From: Utricularia gibba | Taxonomy: Eukaryota; Plantae; Magnoliophyta | Reading direction: 5' to 3' | NCBI GenBank assembly: GCA_002189035.1 | Contig: CM007991.1 | Coordinates: forward strand, 248,001-312,000 | Length of the DNA: 64,000 bases | Shown here: in pieces, positions 50,683 through 64,000 of the stretch | Position numbering within the stretch: the first letter of the stretch is position 1 | Layout: each line of letters begins with the position of its first letter | The notes under the pieces: model-generated | Databases searched by the model: none | Seen by the model: only the letters and a program-made list of their open reading frames with translations | Told to the model about the DNA's origin: nothing | Translations under genes and position numbers: made by a program

Positions 50683-53065
50683 ATGGGTTCTCCGAGAACG
50701 ATCATCAGCGATGAAGAAGAAGAAGAGGAGGAGGAGGAGCATGAAGATGGGGATGCTGACGGTGTGGAGATTGCACCATCATCATTCGGGACGATGATGA
50801 TGATGATGCAATCTTCTTCTTCTTCCTTGACTTCGTCAGCCATCCTACCAGGGATGATGATGACGAGCAGCTGCTTCAATACTCCTCATCACTCTCTCTC
50901 TGGCTCCTCCCCCTCTTCTCGTTACAGGAGTAGGAAAGATGGTCATGGCGGCGGCGCCTGTGACTTGGGGGATCACCTCGATCAAGCCCTTTTCCTCTTC
51001 CTCGATGACAATCAAGAAGATCGAGCCCGTACGTGCAACCTGATAAAATTTCCCCGATCGGAGAGGAGTGCGATTTACATCTTGTTCGACTCTAATTAGC
51101 GCAGTAATGGTTGCAGAGAAGGAGAATCCGGAAACGGGGAGACCACCGACGCTCAATATCTTCCCTTCGCAGCCCATGCATCATCAGCACTCGACGGTTC
51201 CGTTTCGCTTGCTTTTCCATCTCGTCTCATCATTTACCCAGAACTCAGATTAAACTAGTGGATGGGTTCAGGTTGCTCCGACGGGGTTCATTGATTCTTC
51301 TCCTTATACCATCGAGCCATCTACAGCTGCTGTTGCTGCCTCATCTCCTCATGCCCTAAACAACAGATAGTGATAGTTGAGGTTGTTTACTTTCTTCCCT
51401 TGTTCTTTTTACCACTTTTTTCTTCTTTTCCTTAAGCTTTGCACTGTGGCGTGCCTGGCTTTTTGCAGAGTGGAGAGAGACGAAGAGGGAGTTCTCGGAA
51501 CCATGGACCAAAAGCTACCGACCCTAAGGTTTACCTAAACTATTTTAATACACAGAATATGATGGATTCGTTCGTTTCTCCCACACACAGTGTGTGTGTC
51601 TATGTGAAGCATGAACATGATAAGAATCCAGGCATTGAGGAGGCTTGCGCAGAATCGAGAGGCTGCCAGGAAAAGCCGCCTTAGAAGAAAGGCAAGACAA
51701 GAGCTTTTGCTGTCCATCTGTATATACTTTGTTTCTCTCTCTCTCTCTCTCTCTGTGTCTCGAACCCAGTAAATGAAATGAATGTGCAGACTTATATTCA
51801 GCAACTAGAAGCGAGCAGGATGAGGCTCACTCAGTTGGAGCAAGAGCTGCATAGAGCCAGATCCCAGGTGCCATTCACTAAGACATGCGAATTCAGTGCA
51901 GCATTTCACTGTTCTGAGTCTCTCGTTACCATCGTCAAAGGATTATACGTGGGCGGGGCTGCGCTTTCAGGTGGAGATCGCCTCCTTCCTCCTCCAATGC
52001 CCAGCATCAACTCATCATCAGGTCTATACCATTTTTTTTTTTTTTTGAAAAAAATGGATGTATTTGTTAGTATCTTTCGCAAAAAAAAAAAACTTACATG
52101 TCAGCTACGGTGGTGTAAGCAGCGGCATTCGACATGGAGTTTGGGAGATGGCAGGAAGAGCACCAGCGCATGGCGGCGGAGCTCCGGTCAGCAGTGGCAG
52201 ATGGGCGAGTGCCGGAAAACGAGCTACGGATATTAGTGGAAAGCTGCTTAAGGCACTACGATCAGGTGATGAATCTGAAGAGCATGATGGCCAAGTCAGA
52301 CGCCTTCCATCTCCTCTCCGGCGTTTGGAAAGCCCCGGCGGAGAGGTGCTTCATGTGGATCGGCGGCTTCCGCCCCTCGCACAGTATCAGTCACAGTCAC
52401 ACAGCTGCTGCTAAACAACCCATATGACGTCCTTTTTTATCCCGAGGATAATTGGGGAGGAGGCGTTGACGGAGGCGCAAGTGATGGGAATCTGCGAGCT
52501 TCAGGGGTCCACCCGGGAAGCAGAAGGAGCCCTCACGCAAGGCTTGGAGGCTCTGAAACTCTCCCTTTCCCAAGCCATTGTCGCAGACTCCCTCCTCCTC
52601 CCCCTTGACTCCGACTCCTACATGTCTCAAATGGCTGCAGCCATCCCTAAACTCTATGCTCTGCAAGACTTCCTTACACAGGTATCACTCCTACGCTGGT
52701 ACTATTACAACATCATGTGTAACTGTACTCGTGTGGGCCATATCATCTATGCATGGCATCATGTGGTATGGGCATGCCCATGCCCATGTCCACGACGTCA
52801 TTCCTCACAGCCGTATGATTCCCAAGCTTCTTGAATATGGGGAGGGGGTGGTGCCTGTACGGATCACTGCTATTTGTTTTAATGCGTTGCAGTGTTGCGT
52901 TCCCCGCAGGCTGATAATCTGAGACTCCAGACCCTGCACAGGATGCACCAAATGTTGACGACGCGGCAGGAGACACAGAGCCTCCTTGCCATGGCGGAGT
53001 ACTTCCATCGGCTTCGCGCCCTCAGCTCGCTGTGGCTCTCGCGCCCTCCTCGGCCCCCGCCATGA
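50683..53065 (+). CDS. TGA10: TGA-class bZIP transcription factor with DOG1 domain, TGA10-like
   Basis: RPPTLNIFPSQPMH, DPK/TLRRLAQNREAARKSRLRKK/TYIQQLEASRMRLTQLEQELHRAR, FDMEFGRW, HLLSGVWKAPAERCFMWIGGFRPS, ADNLRLQTL and EYFHRLRALSSLW. The start codon is uncertain. Confidence 0.88.
51735..51754. repeat. (CT)n microsatellite in a TGA intron
   Basis: About 10 CT units, seen directly. Confidence 0.8.
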
Positions 53066-53682
53066 CCCACTCTTGGACTCCATCATCAAAGTCTGTCCCT
53101 CATGTAATGTACATGATCAGCACAAACAAAAATAGTGTGTGTGTGTGTGTGATTCGGAGATTACTATTAGGGGGGGCCTGGTTGCTATTGCTGGCTGGGA
53201 AGGAAACCTTTTGCAGAAAGGATCATGTGCCGGAGAGATGTCTTCCTCCATTCAACATCTGTCTATCTGTCAGATGGGCAATGACTTCTAAACCAATGAT
53301 TAGAGATCATTGTTATGACTACTTTTTGTCGGATGTATAACACCGATGGGACTCCTAAGTGCAGATGTTGCTCAGAGACAAATGTAAATCTAACATCTGA
53401 AGAAGCACTTCACCGATCGACAAAGATTGGAGTTCGCTGTGTCTGTTTTGCATGTATCACGAAATGCAGCAGAAATGTAAGAGATATTGAGGGCAGAGTT
53501 TGTCATCAAGAGATGACCAAGACAACTCAGGACTCAGAGATCATCAATAGATGATCGGCCTTGAAACCAACCCACAGGCGACAGCTTCACATCCTCCCTC
53601 AGGCATCCAACCGGCCGCTCTCTCCCTGTAACGTCTCAACCCTGATTGAGCAAAACAAGGTTCCACAAGATAAGCGGAGGAG

Positions 53683-55157
53683 CTACCTCATGGACATCAG
53701 AGTCCTGACCCTTTTCTCCCTTTCCGCTTTCTTAGCAGAGGGCGTTCTCTTCAGTTTTCGAAGCTCCTCCATAACCACTTTTTCCACTGAGTCGATGTTG
53801 TTCAGGAGCTTCTTTGAGGGGTCAGGAATTGGGATTCTTCGCCTCTTCCATTTGTGATATTGAGCAATATCCTTGGGATTTTGCCTATGGTGGGCGGCAG
53901 CATTTGATTAGAAGGGCAGGGTGTGGGACATCATGGAAGGATCTTGCTCGGTTGAGCACTGAACATGGATGTAGAAGGATTAGAATGTGATTGTTCCTGG
54001 AGGATTGGACCCTCATTTAGTAGGCCTTCACCGCTCCTTTGACGCGCCTTCTTCTTCTCTCTCTATTGCCTGATCATTCAAGATTGCTCAAAAGTGAATG
54101 AATCAAAACCTGTTCGTGAACTGCATCTTTTTTTTCTATTTGAGACTCCTACCTTCGACGCATTACTAGACTTATCCTCCTAAATTGAAACTAACTTACT
54201 ACACAGTAGACCTAAAGCATTGAAATAACAACAGACGCGGAATCAAACGGCAAATCACAGTACAAATTGCAAGCAAAGAAGGCAAGTAGTTACTCCGTCA
54301 GATCACCTTCTCAAACAAAATCTACTTTTGAGATTCTCCAGTAATACCCCCCACTCCAATACTCTCACTTCAGTTCTAAAAATCACGAAACTCGACCTCA
54401 TAAAACTTAACAAGCATAATACTAGCAAACTTCAACTACAGAAATAACGAAACCAAGGATCCATAAAAAAGTACAGTAGCAGATAGCAAGGTAAGGAGGC
54501 AAGAATTACTGTTACAAGAGCATCTTCATAAAGCAAATTGAGTTCTCATATTTCTACACCAATATCCCAAATGGATTACTTTCTCTCTAGTTTGATAATG
54601 ACCCAAGAGTTGAGATCCAGTGGTATAAATCATAAATATCATTCTCTTAAATACATTACTTTCTCTCTAGTTTGAAAGTGAATCAAGTGTTGAGATTCAG
54701 CGGTATGAATCATAAATCTCATTCTCGTAAATGAAACAAATTTAACAAATCGTATGATCAAATTGCAATCTAAGAACGGAAGCATTACCGTGACAACGGA
54801 AGTGATGTCATTGAGAGGTCTTCTAGGATACCATGAAGGCAAAACGTTCCCGCGCCAACGGCCAAGACCACGGACTGACCCGACCAATGGAGACAAGTTT
54901 TCACGGCCAGTAATTGCAGCACCGCGCCCAACTCTCGTAGTTCTGAACGCCATTATTTCGGCTGGTCTAGGGGTACCCACCATTGCAGTTCCTCTCCATC
55001 GAAACGGAGTTCGACTAGATTGCTCTTCATCTTCTAGAACAAAGGGGATCAAACCTCCTCTACCGACACTTGTACCTCTATTTCTTGAAATGCGTCTCAG
55101 ACTATAAGTAGCTATGGAATCATCTGGCCTTGATAAACGATCTCGTGCCTCCGGCAT
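53683..55157 (-). CDS. UVI4: APC/C inhibitor of the UVI4/POLYCHOME - OSD1/GIG1 family, 2 exons; several apparent frameshifts in exon 2
   Basis: [13 protein letters not shown] (GxEN), [14 protein letters not shown] (D-box), [20 protein letters not shown] and [16 protein letters not shown] (MR tail). Confidence 0.9.
54575..54732. repeat. Two-copy imperfect tandem repeat of about 80 nt in the UVI4 intron
   Basis: Units start ATTACTTTCTCTCTAGTTT at 54575 and 54655. Confidence 0.85.
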
Positions 55158-56283
55158 CTTGTTGAAACTCAAAACTGAACAGAAATCGATTAAATTCATT
55201 AAAAAAAGAACTAAATTCACCAGAATGAACTTCGCATAAGTTTTCATCCCGAAAATCAACCGGAAACCAACAATTCGCTGACAATTAAACTCAAACGACA
55301 ACACATTCGCAACATATATAATCGATTTCCGACTAAATAACATGAATCCGAGCGGTGAAACAGATAAAAAAACAAAACGAACTAAAAAAAGATACCTAAA
55401 TTCTTGAAGATTAAGTTCACCTGAAAGCAAGACACAGATAAAGATTCAGATAAGCATAGCAACACAGGCCCGAGTGTGGGAAGAAGGAGCTCCTCAGAAA
55501 ACGGAGAATCGGCAAGATCTGCGAAGGAGAAACGGGCGCTGTTTATACGCATAACCTGAATCTCCATTTTTCAGCTGCTGAGCGGGCGAAATTTGGGATT
55601 CAAAAATTTTCTCCACGGCACCGCACTGCTCAAATGACGATTCTACCCATCCGTGAATTGGTGACTGATCAAAGCTGTATATACTCTTTTGTAGGGCTAG
55701 ACCTGACCAAGGCACATTAATTATTAATGTTTATTTTTTTAAAAAATAGATTATAATTGAATTTAAAAATAATTAAATATAAATACATTGTATATATACA
55801 ATCTAAGGACATAAAAAACTCAAAATTCTAAAATAATATATTTTTTAAAACAATGATTTTTGGGATATTAATAAAATGCATCTAATTTTAGAGTAGATTA
55901 TGGATTATTTTTTAAACAAAATTATTTAATAGCTTTTAATTTGATTGTGTGATCTAATTATTTGGTGCAAAGATTATAGAGTCATATTATATTCATTTTC
56001 AATTTATTATACTATTAAACGAATAAAAAAATTAATCACTTTATTTACCAATTCCGGCAATCTCAACTTCCGGTTCGGCCAGTACACCACCATTAGCCAC
56101 CGTGCCGGAAAACAGCACGCAGCTCAGTCAACTCTCCCCGTTTCAAAACCGCCACAAAGTGGAGTAAACGAGCGTCTTAATCTTACCGATTAGCTCGCCA
56201 GAGCAAATTGTAAGATAGCAAAGTATTCAAAGTAAAGCATGAACACACACAAGCTCGTGTGGAAGCTGCGCCTGAACTCTGAG

Positions 56284-57817
56284 TTAGAGGCTATGTATCG
56301 CGTCATCTTCTCCAATGCGCATGAATCCTAGGATTTCTACCTCCACACCGGAAGAAATTTGGATGGCATCATAGTGGCCGTAACCGTGAAACAGAACCCT
56401 GATGGGATTGTTTTTTCCCGTATTCTTGCCCGTATTCTGCGATCGGTATCAAGCCACCGGCATCTTCATCATGCATGTACACTGTGATCGGCATCCTGAG
56501 AAGATGATGCAGCAGATGTGCATATGAAATGAAGTATATACGCAGATGGAATCTTAACAGGAAAAAGCAAAAGAGGCACTTGGGCATGACAGCAGAAGTC
56601 CTCTGATGGCACAGTTGCATCAACAGAAACAAATGGCGTTGCCAAAGCAAATGCATCCATGAATTTGAAAGGACTTACTCGAGGACATGAGATGCCATCA
56701 ACAACTCAGGTTCACCTCCCCATACATGAGGCTTCCTTATTTGCGAAACATATGTGTCGAAATTGCCTTCTATGAACCTGAAAAATGATGCATTCAGAAA
56801 TTCATCAGACATGTTAACTAGAGGGAAAAAAACAGATTTTGGAGTAGGCTGAGGACAACTAGAATTTAGCAGTCTGGCTAACCACTCTGTTTCTTCTCGC
56901 CTCTTGATGAACTCATCTGCAACCTAAAAACAATGCGAATAGTTGAGTTTATGATACGAGGTGCACAAAAGATGCTGTTTCTACAACAAAAAACTAGATC
57001 TTGACAAAAGGAGTTATTTGATTGGAAATGGATAAGGAGTTAAGGCAGATACCTTGGATCTCAAATCATCTGCTAGGTCCATCTGATGTGCTTGGCCAGG
57101 TGCAGGTTTTCCGGACCGTAGGCAAGCACCATGAGCAACAGATCGAAACAAGCATCTCCCATCTCCGGGTATACCTGTGGACCATAAAGTAGTAACCTTC
57201 ATCAGATATAAATAAAAGAGAGAAAGCAGTGGATGAACACATACCAATTATGGAGTAGTTCGTCAATACTGGCTTTGTGTGTGTGTAATCCGATGAGGAA
57301 TTTTCACAGTAAGATTCTCCCGTTCCAAGTCCTCTTGGAGCTTTAGCATAAGCAATTTGGGAGATAGAGCAAAAGGTAAACAACACAATGAAGAAGGCAC
57401 TGACAAAATTGTGTTGTCTACAATAAAAGGGAACTAGATTACACTTATACTGTTTAGGACCCAATAGCCTCGAATTCATCTTCCCATATCTATTTATCCA
57501 GCTGGAACAGGTTAACCGGTAACACATTGACCCAACAATGCGGCGGAGTTTCAGTGAACCAAAAACAGCTAAATTTTGGGCTGAATTTGGTGAAAGATGG
57601 CTATTTTGAACTCGGAAGCAATTTATATATAAAGAAGAATTCTGTTTCCATGTAAAAGTGGGCTTGAAGACAACCCCAGATTCTTGTGGTAACTCAAGAA
57701 GTAGCTGGGCATTTGAGAAATGGCCCCAGAAACATGAATAGCCATGGGTCCTCTGGTGTTTCCAAATGAATGTACTACGCTTTTTGGACACAAACCGTTG
57801 GGAAACAGAGGTCTCAT
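56284..57817 (-). CDS. OTU4: OTU-domain deubiquitinase (OTU4-like); ends approximate because of frameshifts
   Basis: NYSIIGIPGDGRCLFRSVAHGACLRSG, VADEFIKRREETEW, FIEGNFDTYV...HVWGGEPELLMASHVL, MPITVYM...IAEYGQEYG and NPIRVLFHGYGHYDA. Confidence 0.85.
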
Positions 57818-58980
57818 CTTGGCATAACCTCAGATCAAGGGCAAGATAAATGAACCTTGGAGGAAGTAAAGATCATGTTAGACTTTCAAGTTTGATATTG
57901 CTGAATCGATGCTTAAGGAATATCACGAAAGAACAATGAGCTTACTGAAAGGCAAACTCAAAACACACAACGAGGAATTCCATCCAACATCAGAAAAGGT
58001 GAAAATCTTAAGATGAACGTCCACACCAGAGAATATGAAAACCAAATTAAAAGGATTACATTACTCTCATAAAAACACTCCTCAAAGACATAAGCAAACC
58101 AAATCAAATCGCTATTCTTATTCTTTCATAAATGTTCATGGAATACGTAAAGAAAACATTCCCTTAAGATACAATACAAATTTTCACAAAGACACAAAAG
58201 TGAATGTTTACAATGAAAATCGCTAAACCACATGAAGTTTGAATGAAAAAGACAGCAGCATAACTTACAACCAGCAGCGGCAGTGACAACAACCGGATAT
58301 TCAGAGAACAGAAACAATGACATAAAGTAATTCATCAAAAACACAGCGACAAGAACCCATCAGAAAAAAACCATTTAGTTCGCAGATTAGGAGGCTGGCT
58401 TTTGGGTGAATTTTCAACAGAAGGGGAATGAAATGAAACGGTCGATACAATCAACATTATCCCGACGACAAGCAATAAAGCGAATTACGAAACCCACGAT
58501 CCGAGCAGAAGCAAAGAATATAGCAATAAGAATTCCCTTTTCACCAGAAAAAAAAAAAAAAAACCAGAAAAGCAACCGTAAGTCCGATTCCTACTTCTTT
58601 CTGCAAATGTGGCAAAAAAAAAAAGATTGCTTACCTTGCTGTTAGCCCAGGTAAAAAATGGAGTAAAATAGTGCTAATTCTACTGTTTTCATGCCCGGGT
58701 TTTTTAGTGTTTTCATCACTACTAGAATAGTGTTATTTCTGAAAAGCGAAAACATACTGCTGTGCAGGCTGCAAGTTTGGAACTCATTTTGATCATTTCT
58801 TCCATTGGTTCGATCTCAAAGCTACAGAAAAGTCACGTTTTCAAAATCCATAAACTGTAACAAGCAAAAAAAAGACGAATCTGAATCCCCCAAGTGCCAG
58901 GCACACAGGAAATTTTGCCGGATATTGGAATGATTCACAAGATGTTTCAATCCAGGACCTAAATAACACGGCAAATTCAG

Positions 58981-60744
58981 TCAAAGCTGAAGCACAGGGA
59001 GGGACATCGCAGCAACAACGAAAACGAACAACAGCAATATCCAGGCACGAGAAGGCCATCTTCCCAGGGGTTCTTTCAATTCCTTCGCAGGTTGCACGTT
59101 TTCCATCTCTTTATCTCCACCCATCCTCCGGACTAGCCCAGGCTTTGCATCCTGGTGGGTACTTGAACTGCCTGGCCTCGGCCATCAGTTGCTCTTCGTG
59201 CTTCTCAACATACTCAGGGAAGAGTTTTCGAAAGGTTGGACTGTTTATGGAAACGAAAACCGATGACCAACGCAAATGGGAAGGAAAAGACAAGGAGGAA
59301 AGTAATATCTATATCTCCTGCTAAAGCGTGGTGTATTGTGAATCTTACATTTTACAGTTAGTATCCAGAGAAGACTTTGCGAGCATCTTCTTTTCTTCGT
59401 CCGTGGTCGAAATGCTTCCAGTTGTGGGGCTATTGTCCATCTGAAATGTATAAAATTCAGAAAAAGCAAGTATACTAATCACAAGAGAACATTTTGTGAA
59501 GATGAAACTCACCATGAATGAAAGAAGCCCGGTAAGAATGCTGCATGTAACCAAGAAAATCAGCAGGGCCTATCCGCAGATAAATAAACATCAGATTCCA
59601 CCAGAAAAACACTTACCTAGAGACTGACCACATGGGATTCCAACTCTCAGGATGAACTGCAACACAAATGACAGAAAGCATTTTTCAACATAAAGAAATC
59701 ACTAGAATGATACTAAACCAGATGGTGGATACTAAATGGAGTTCCCACTCACAGTCACTCATAGAAAGGCAAATTTTCTTTTGTGTCTTAAAGCGTCCAT
59801 TTGGAGTTGTCATGCTACAAAAAATGGAAACCGTATTTTTCCATAGTAAAAAGGTATGAGATTAAACATCCAGATCCAATGAACATCTAGATTACCTAAT
59901 CCCAGGAGGCTTGAAAGGGTAATCAGGTGGAAACCGTATTTTTCCATAGTAATAGCCACCTAGAGTGAAGAACACATTGTGAAGAAGTATATAAATCCAT
60001 CTAGATATTCAATATGTCATCAAATGCCAGAAATGTGCATAAAAGGAGCACTTGAACTAGCTTTTGCACACTAAATATGTTCAAGGTTAAGAATGGAGAA
60101 ACAATAAAACCTTCAAACGGTGTTCCTTTACTTCCCTCCAGCACATAATCTGGCAACAGGATAAGATATTGAAGTCAGCACATAATAAACAATATAAAAT
60201 TTTCAGATTAAAAAAAATATAGCTCCAATCATCATTTGAAGGGGAACGCCAACAAGTATGAATAGAAAATACAGGACCATGTGAGACTTAAAACAATGCC
60301 AATTGACTAGGTCTTTTTTGCTGAGATCAATAGGATGAGCTCCACAGTATGAGATGCAACTCGTAAACACGACACTCAAAAAACACAAATTGATAGAAGC
60401 AACATACGCCATTCGAGGATATCATTTGGAAGAGGGCGGGCCACCACATTGGAAACAGGTTCCTAGATATCAAGCCAACCAATTCATCAGAAACAAAAAT
60501 TTTACTCATAGTTCGAAAGGCACCAGAAACTGCAGTCTACCTCCACAAAAATGCGTGTGTGTAAATTTGGTGACAAAAATCTGAAGTATCAAAAAGCTGT
60601 AGGCATATCCCAATATGGCGCTATAGCGAATGAGCAAAATGATTGCATTGCACGATCGCAATAGCATAAAAATAAAAGGCATCTCACCTTACAGAGTGCC
60701 CTATACTCCTTCTGAAGGCGCTTTACACACGCTCTTTCCGCCAT
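58981..60744 (-). CDS. UBC34: Tail-anchored E2 ubiquitin-conjugating enzyme, UBC33/UBC34-like
   Basis: MAERACVKRLQKEYRALCK/EPVSNVVARP...DILEW, FPPDYPFKPPGI, TPNGRF...ICLSMSD, HPESWNPMWSVS, SILTGLLSFM and the hydrophobic C-terminus WILLLFVFVVAAMSLPVLQL*. One frameshift in the last exon. Confidence 0.9.
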
Positions 60745-62029
60745 ACTAAAATCACCGAATCCACAGAACTCGCAGATCGCCCAGAAAACAAGTAACTTAG
60801 ACGCTGAATTAAAAAAAAACTCAATTAAATACCTGATCGCCATGACATCTGCACGGAGAAACTTAAGACCCATAAACAACAAATCATCTTACAGACCTAA
60901 TCTACCTTAAGAAAAGAAAAATAACATCACATACAATATGTATAAACTGAAATCAATCAACAGTTCGCCGTGAAAACGTTGGAATCGGAGCGACAAAAGA
61001 GGAATCTTGGATGTGGGTCCCGACGATCAACAGTTGAATTGCGCCGGTCGATGACTGAGCAGCAAGAAAGGGGAGGTGGAATGCCACAAGGGAATTTGAG
61101 CGAGAAGCTGAAATTCTGTTCAATTGGTCACCGAAGAAAATATATTCAAATAATAAAGAAATATATCTCCCACAAATATCGTTAGCACATCGTTGACTGA
61201 TAATCCAAATCAAAATATTAACCAAATTTAGTAATTTAGAATAATATAATACGCTTTTGGTTCTCTGGGCCGGTCAGGGTTACTTGTTGGGCCGGGTTGC
61301 ACAACAAGAAGATATTACAAGCCCAACATGGAATGACCCAACCCAAATTCTAACAGAAGCGGGTACGGGTAATCGGGTCAATGTGGAGAACTTCATTCAG
61401 GCGAATGGAGAGTGTCGTATACCCGCATGCATTTTAATAAATCAAATTTTTTATTAAAAATATTCAGAACATATTCACAAAATATAATTTATAATTTTAA
61501 AATATTTATTAAAAAAAATTCGACGCGGAATCTTACCATGGGCCGTCCCATGTGTCGTTTGTGATCTAACGTGCCATGCCGAAGATGATACGAGTCACCC
61601 GTATCATTGACCTGCTCTCCCGTGGAAGTTGACTCCTGTAATGACAACATATCCAATACTTTATTATCAAGCTTTTGTCCTATTCGAAAATCAAATATAA
61701 TTACGTAGAGGTTGGTATCCCAACCTTTATCGTACGATCTGAATTTCATGAACCAAAAGGATCAACTCTGATGGAGATTCGAAATGATATTTTGTGTGTA
61801 ACGAGAAACATTATGTTCGTAAATATCGTAATATTTGTGTATAAGTAGGGTTTATTGAATGAGTAAATGAATTAATTCAATTAAAAATATATTCGAAAAA
61901 TACTGACTGTTGTTTATTTTATTGAAGAAATGGCAGCACATGCGCCCACAATGCATTCAAAGCCCAACTTCCGCGTCTGAGTAGGTTACAGCCATCTCCT
62001 GGAAACGAAAAGAAGAGCACCCGCCGGCG

Positions 62030-63969
62030 ATGGATACCGTTAATTCCTTCAAAGGCTACGACCGAGTATCAGAAGAAGCAGCTTCCAAAAGAAAGGCTCG
62101 CAACCGCAAAATCATCATCTCCGTTTCCTTGCTCGTGCTCCTAGCGCTACTCATCGCTGTCGTCGCTGGGACATTGTCCAACAGAAGAACCAGTGGCGGT
62201 TCCGGTGGAGTCGCCTCCTCGGCCGTTAGATCTATTTGCGGCGTTACCCAGTATAGAGATCGTGTGTGGCGAGCTTGAGCCCTTCTAATTCCTCCGATCC
62301 TGAGAGAATTTTTCAGTATTCTCTGTCTGTGTTGATGGGTTCTCTGGAAAAGCTCTCCACTTTTCCACGGGAGTACAATAGCAGACACGGCGACGCGGTA
62401 ATGGTGAGAGACGCGTTGGGTGTCTGCGAAACCTGCTGCACCACTCAATCGACACGTTAAACGACACCGTGTCCACCATGGATGTCAGGGATGGAGAAAA
62501 TCTGCTTTCGTCTGAGAGAATTGAAGATATGAAAACATGGCTGAGCACGGTCATTACAGATCAGCAAACTTGCCTCGATGCGCTTGAGGAAGTCAACGTC
62601 ACTTTCGTAGATGAAATCAAGCAACTGACGAGGAACGCTACTGAATTTACTAGCAACAGCTTGGCCATTATTTCAAGAATTGTTGGAGTTCTCGCTGATT
62701 TCAAGATCCCGATTCATCGACGGCGGTTGTTGGATTCCACCGATGGGTATCCTTATTGGGTCTCCGCTGGGGATCGGCGTCTTCTCCAAGCTACAGGGCC
62801 GACGCCAAATATCACGGTGGCGCAGGACGGCACCGGGGATTTGGCCACCATTGGTGCCGCCGTGCAGATGATCCCCAAGAAGAGCGCCACCCGATTTGTA
62901 ATTTATGTGAAGGCCGGTAAGTATGTGGAAAATGTGCAATTGCCCAAGAATCTGTGGAACGTTATGATTTACGGTGACGGCAGCGACAGCACCATCATTT
63001 CCGGCAGCCTGAACTTCGTCGACGGCACCCCGACATTCCAAACGGCGACTGTAGGTAATGACATTTTTATCCCTTTTTTCTTTGGAGCGATAACATTTTC
63101 TTGTTTCACTATAAAAAAACAAATACCAAATTTGGAACATTTTTTTGCTATGGTTTCAATTTGCCATGTGACTCCGTTTATTGCGGAGGGCCCACAATGA
63201 CATTTCATCATTCCGAAGTGGAAAAGGTCATGTGGCTGGGGCCCACCTGAATGATCAATGGCGCTGATTAGGGTTCTTTTTTTCTTCAACAGCTGTTACC
63301 GGTCAATTATTCATAGCCCGGGACATCGGAATCAGGAACACCGCCGGAGCAGCAAAGCACCAAGCAGTGGCGTTCCGGTCAGGCTCCGATCGATCAGTTT
63401 ACTACCGGTGTTCCTTCGACGGCTTCCAAGACACGCTCTACGCCCACTCCAACCGTCAGTTCTATCGCGAATGCACCATCACGGGCACAATCGACTTCAT
63501 CTTCGGAAACTCCGCCGTCGTCTTTCAGAACTGCAACATCCTCCCCCGTCAGCCGCTGGCCAATCAATTCAACACGATCACGGCGCAGGGGAAGACGGAT
63601 CCCAATCAGAACACCGGCATCTCGATCCAACGGTGCGTGGTGAACGGGTTAGACAACGTGACCGCGCCCACTTATTTGGGTCGGCCTTGGAAGAACTACG
63701 CCGCCACGGTCGTCATGCAGTCGAATTTGGGCGGAGGGGTGAACCCGTTGGGCTGGACGCCTTGGGTCTCCGGCGTGGTTCCACCGAGTACCATCTTCTA
63801 TGGCGAGTATCAAAACACTGGGCCCGGATCCAATACGAATAATCGGGTACAGTGGGCCGGGGTCCACAGCAGCCTCACCCCAGCACAGGCCTCCCAGTTC
63901 ACCGTGGCGAACTTCATTCAGGGCTCCACCTGGCTGGGAGCCACCGGCGTGGCCTTCGACTCAACTTAA
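62030..63969 (+). CDS. PME1: Membrane-anchored PMEI-pectinesterase (PME1-like), 2 exons (intron 63055-63292)
   Basis: MDTVNSFKGY plus TM segment, KTWLSTVITDQQTCLDAL, HQAVAFRSGSD, GTIDFIFGNS and YLGRPWK. Apparent frameshifts at about 62265 and 62435. Confidence 0.9.
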
Positions 63970-64000
63970 GGATGAATGATGATGCTTGTATACTATTATT

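Overview
Gene-dense eudicot nuclear DNA with spliced genes and short introns. I can support about 18 protein-coding genes plus one pseudogene in 64 kb. No rRNA, tRNA, CRISPR array or intact transposon was recognised. Gene order: HNH-like/coiled-coil protein (+, 5' end outside the window), SPX3 (-), F-box/FBA (+), VAP (+), inverted F-box/FBA copy (-), subtilase pseudogene fragment, HAM/SCL6-type GRAS with a miR171 site (-), FIL-type YABBY (-), SAUR36-like (+), PMEI-PME (-), MAP1A (+), EPSPS (+), TBR/TBL1-like (+), KHZ CCCH-KH (-), OEP40-like (+), Myb-like/bromodomain (+), TGA10-like bZIP (+), UVI4/OSD1-family APC/C inhibitor (-), OTU4-like (-), UBC33/34-like (-), PME1-like (+). Many otherwise well-conserved genes carry single-base frameshifts, mostly 1-nt deletions in G/C runs. 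This looks like long-read consensus error rather than pseudogenisation, so the ORF track splits real genes. I found no convincing new multi-gene system. The best leads are the uncharacterised HNH-motif protein, the inverted F-box pair with P1BS sites beside only one copy, two orphan snRNA-type USE+TATA promoters, and a few unexplained GC-rich or exon-like islands. Arabidopsis gene names and gene orders are recalled from memory and need checking.
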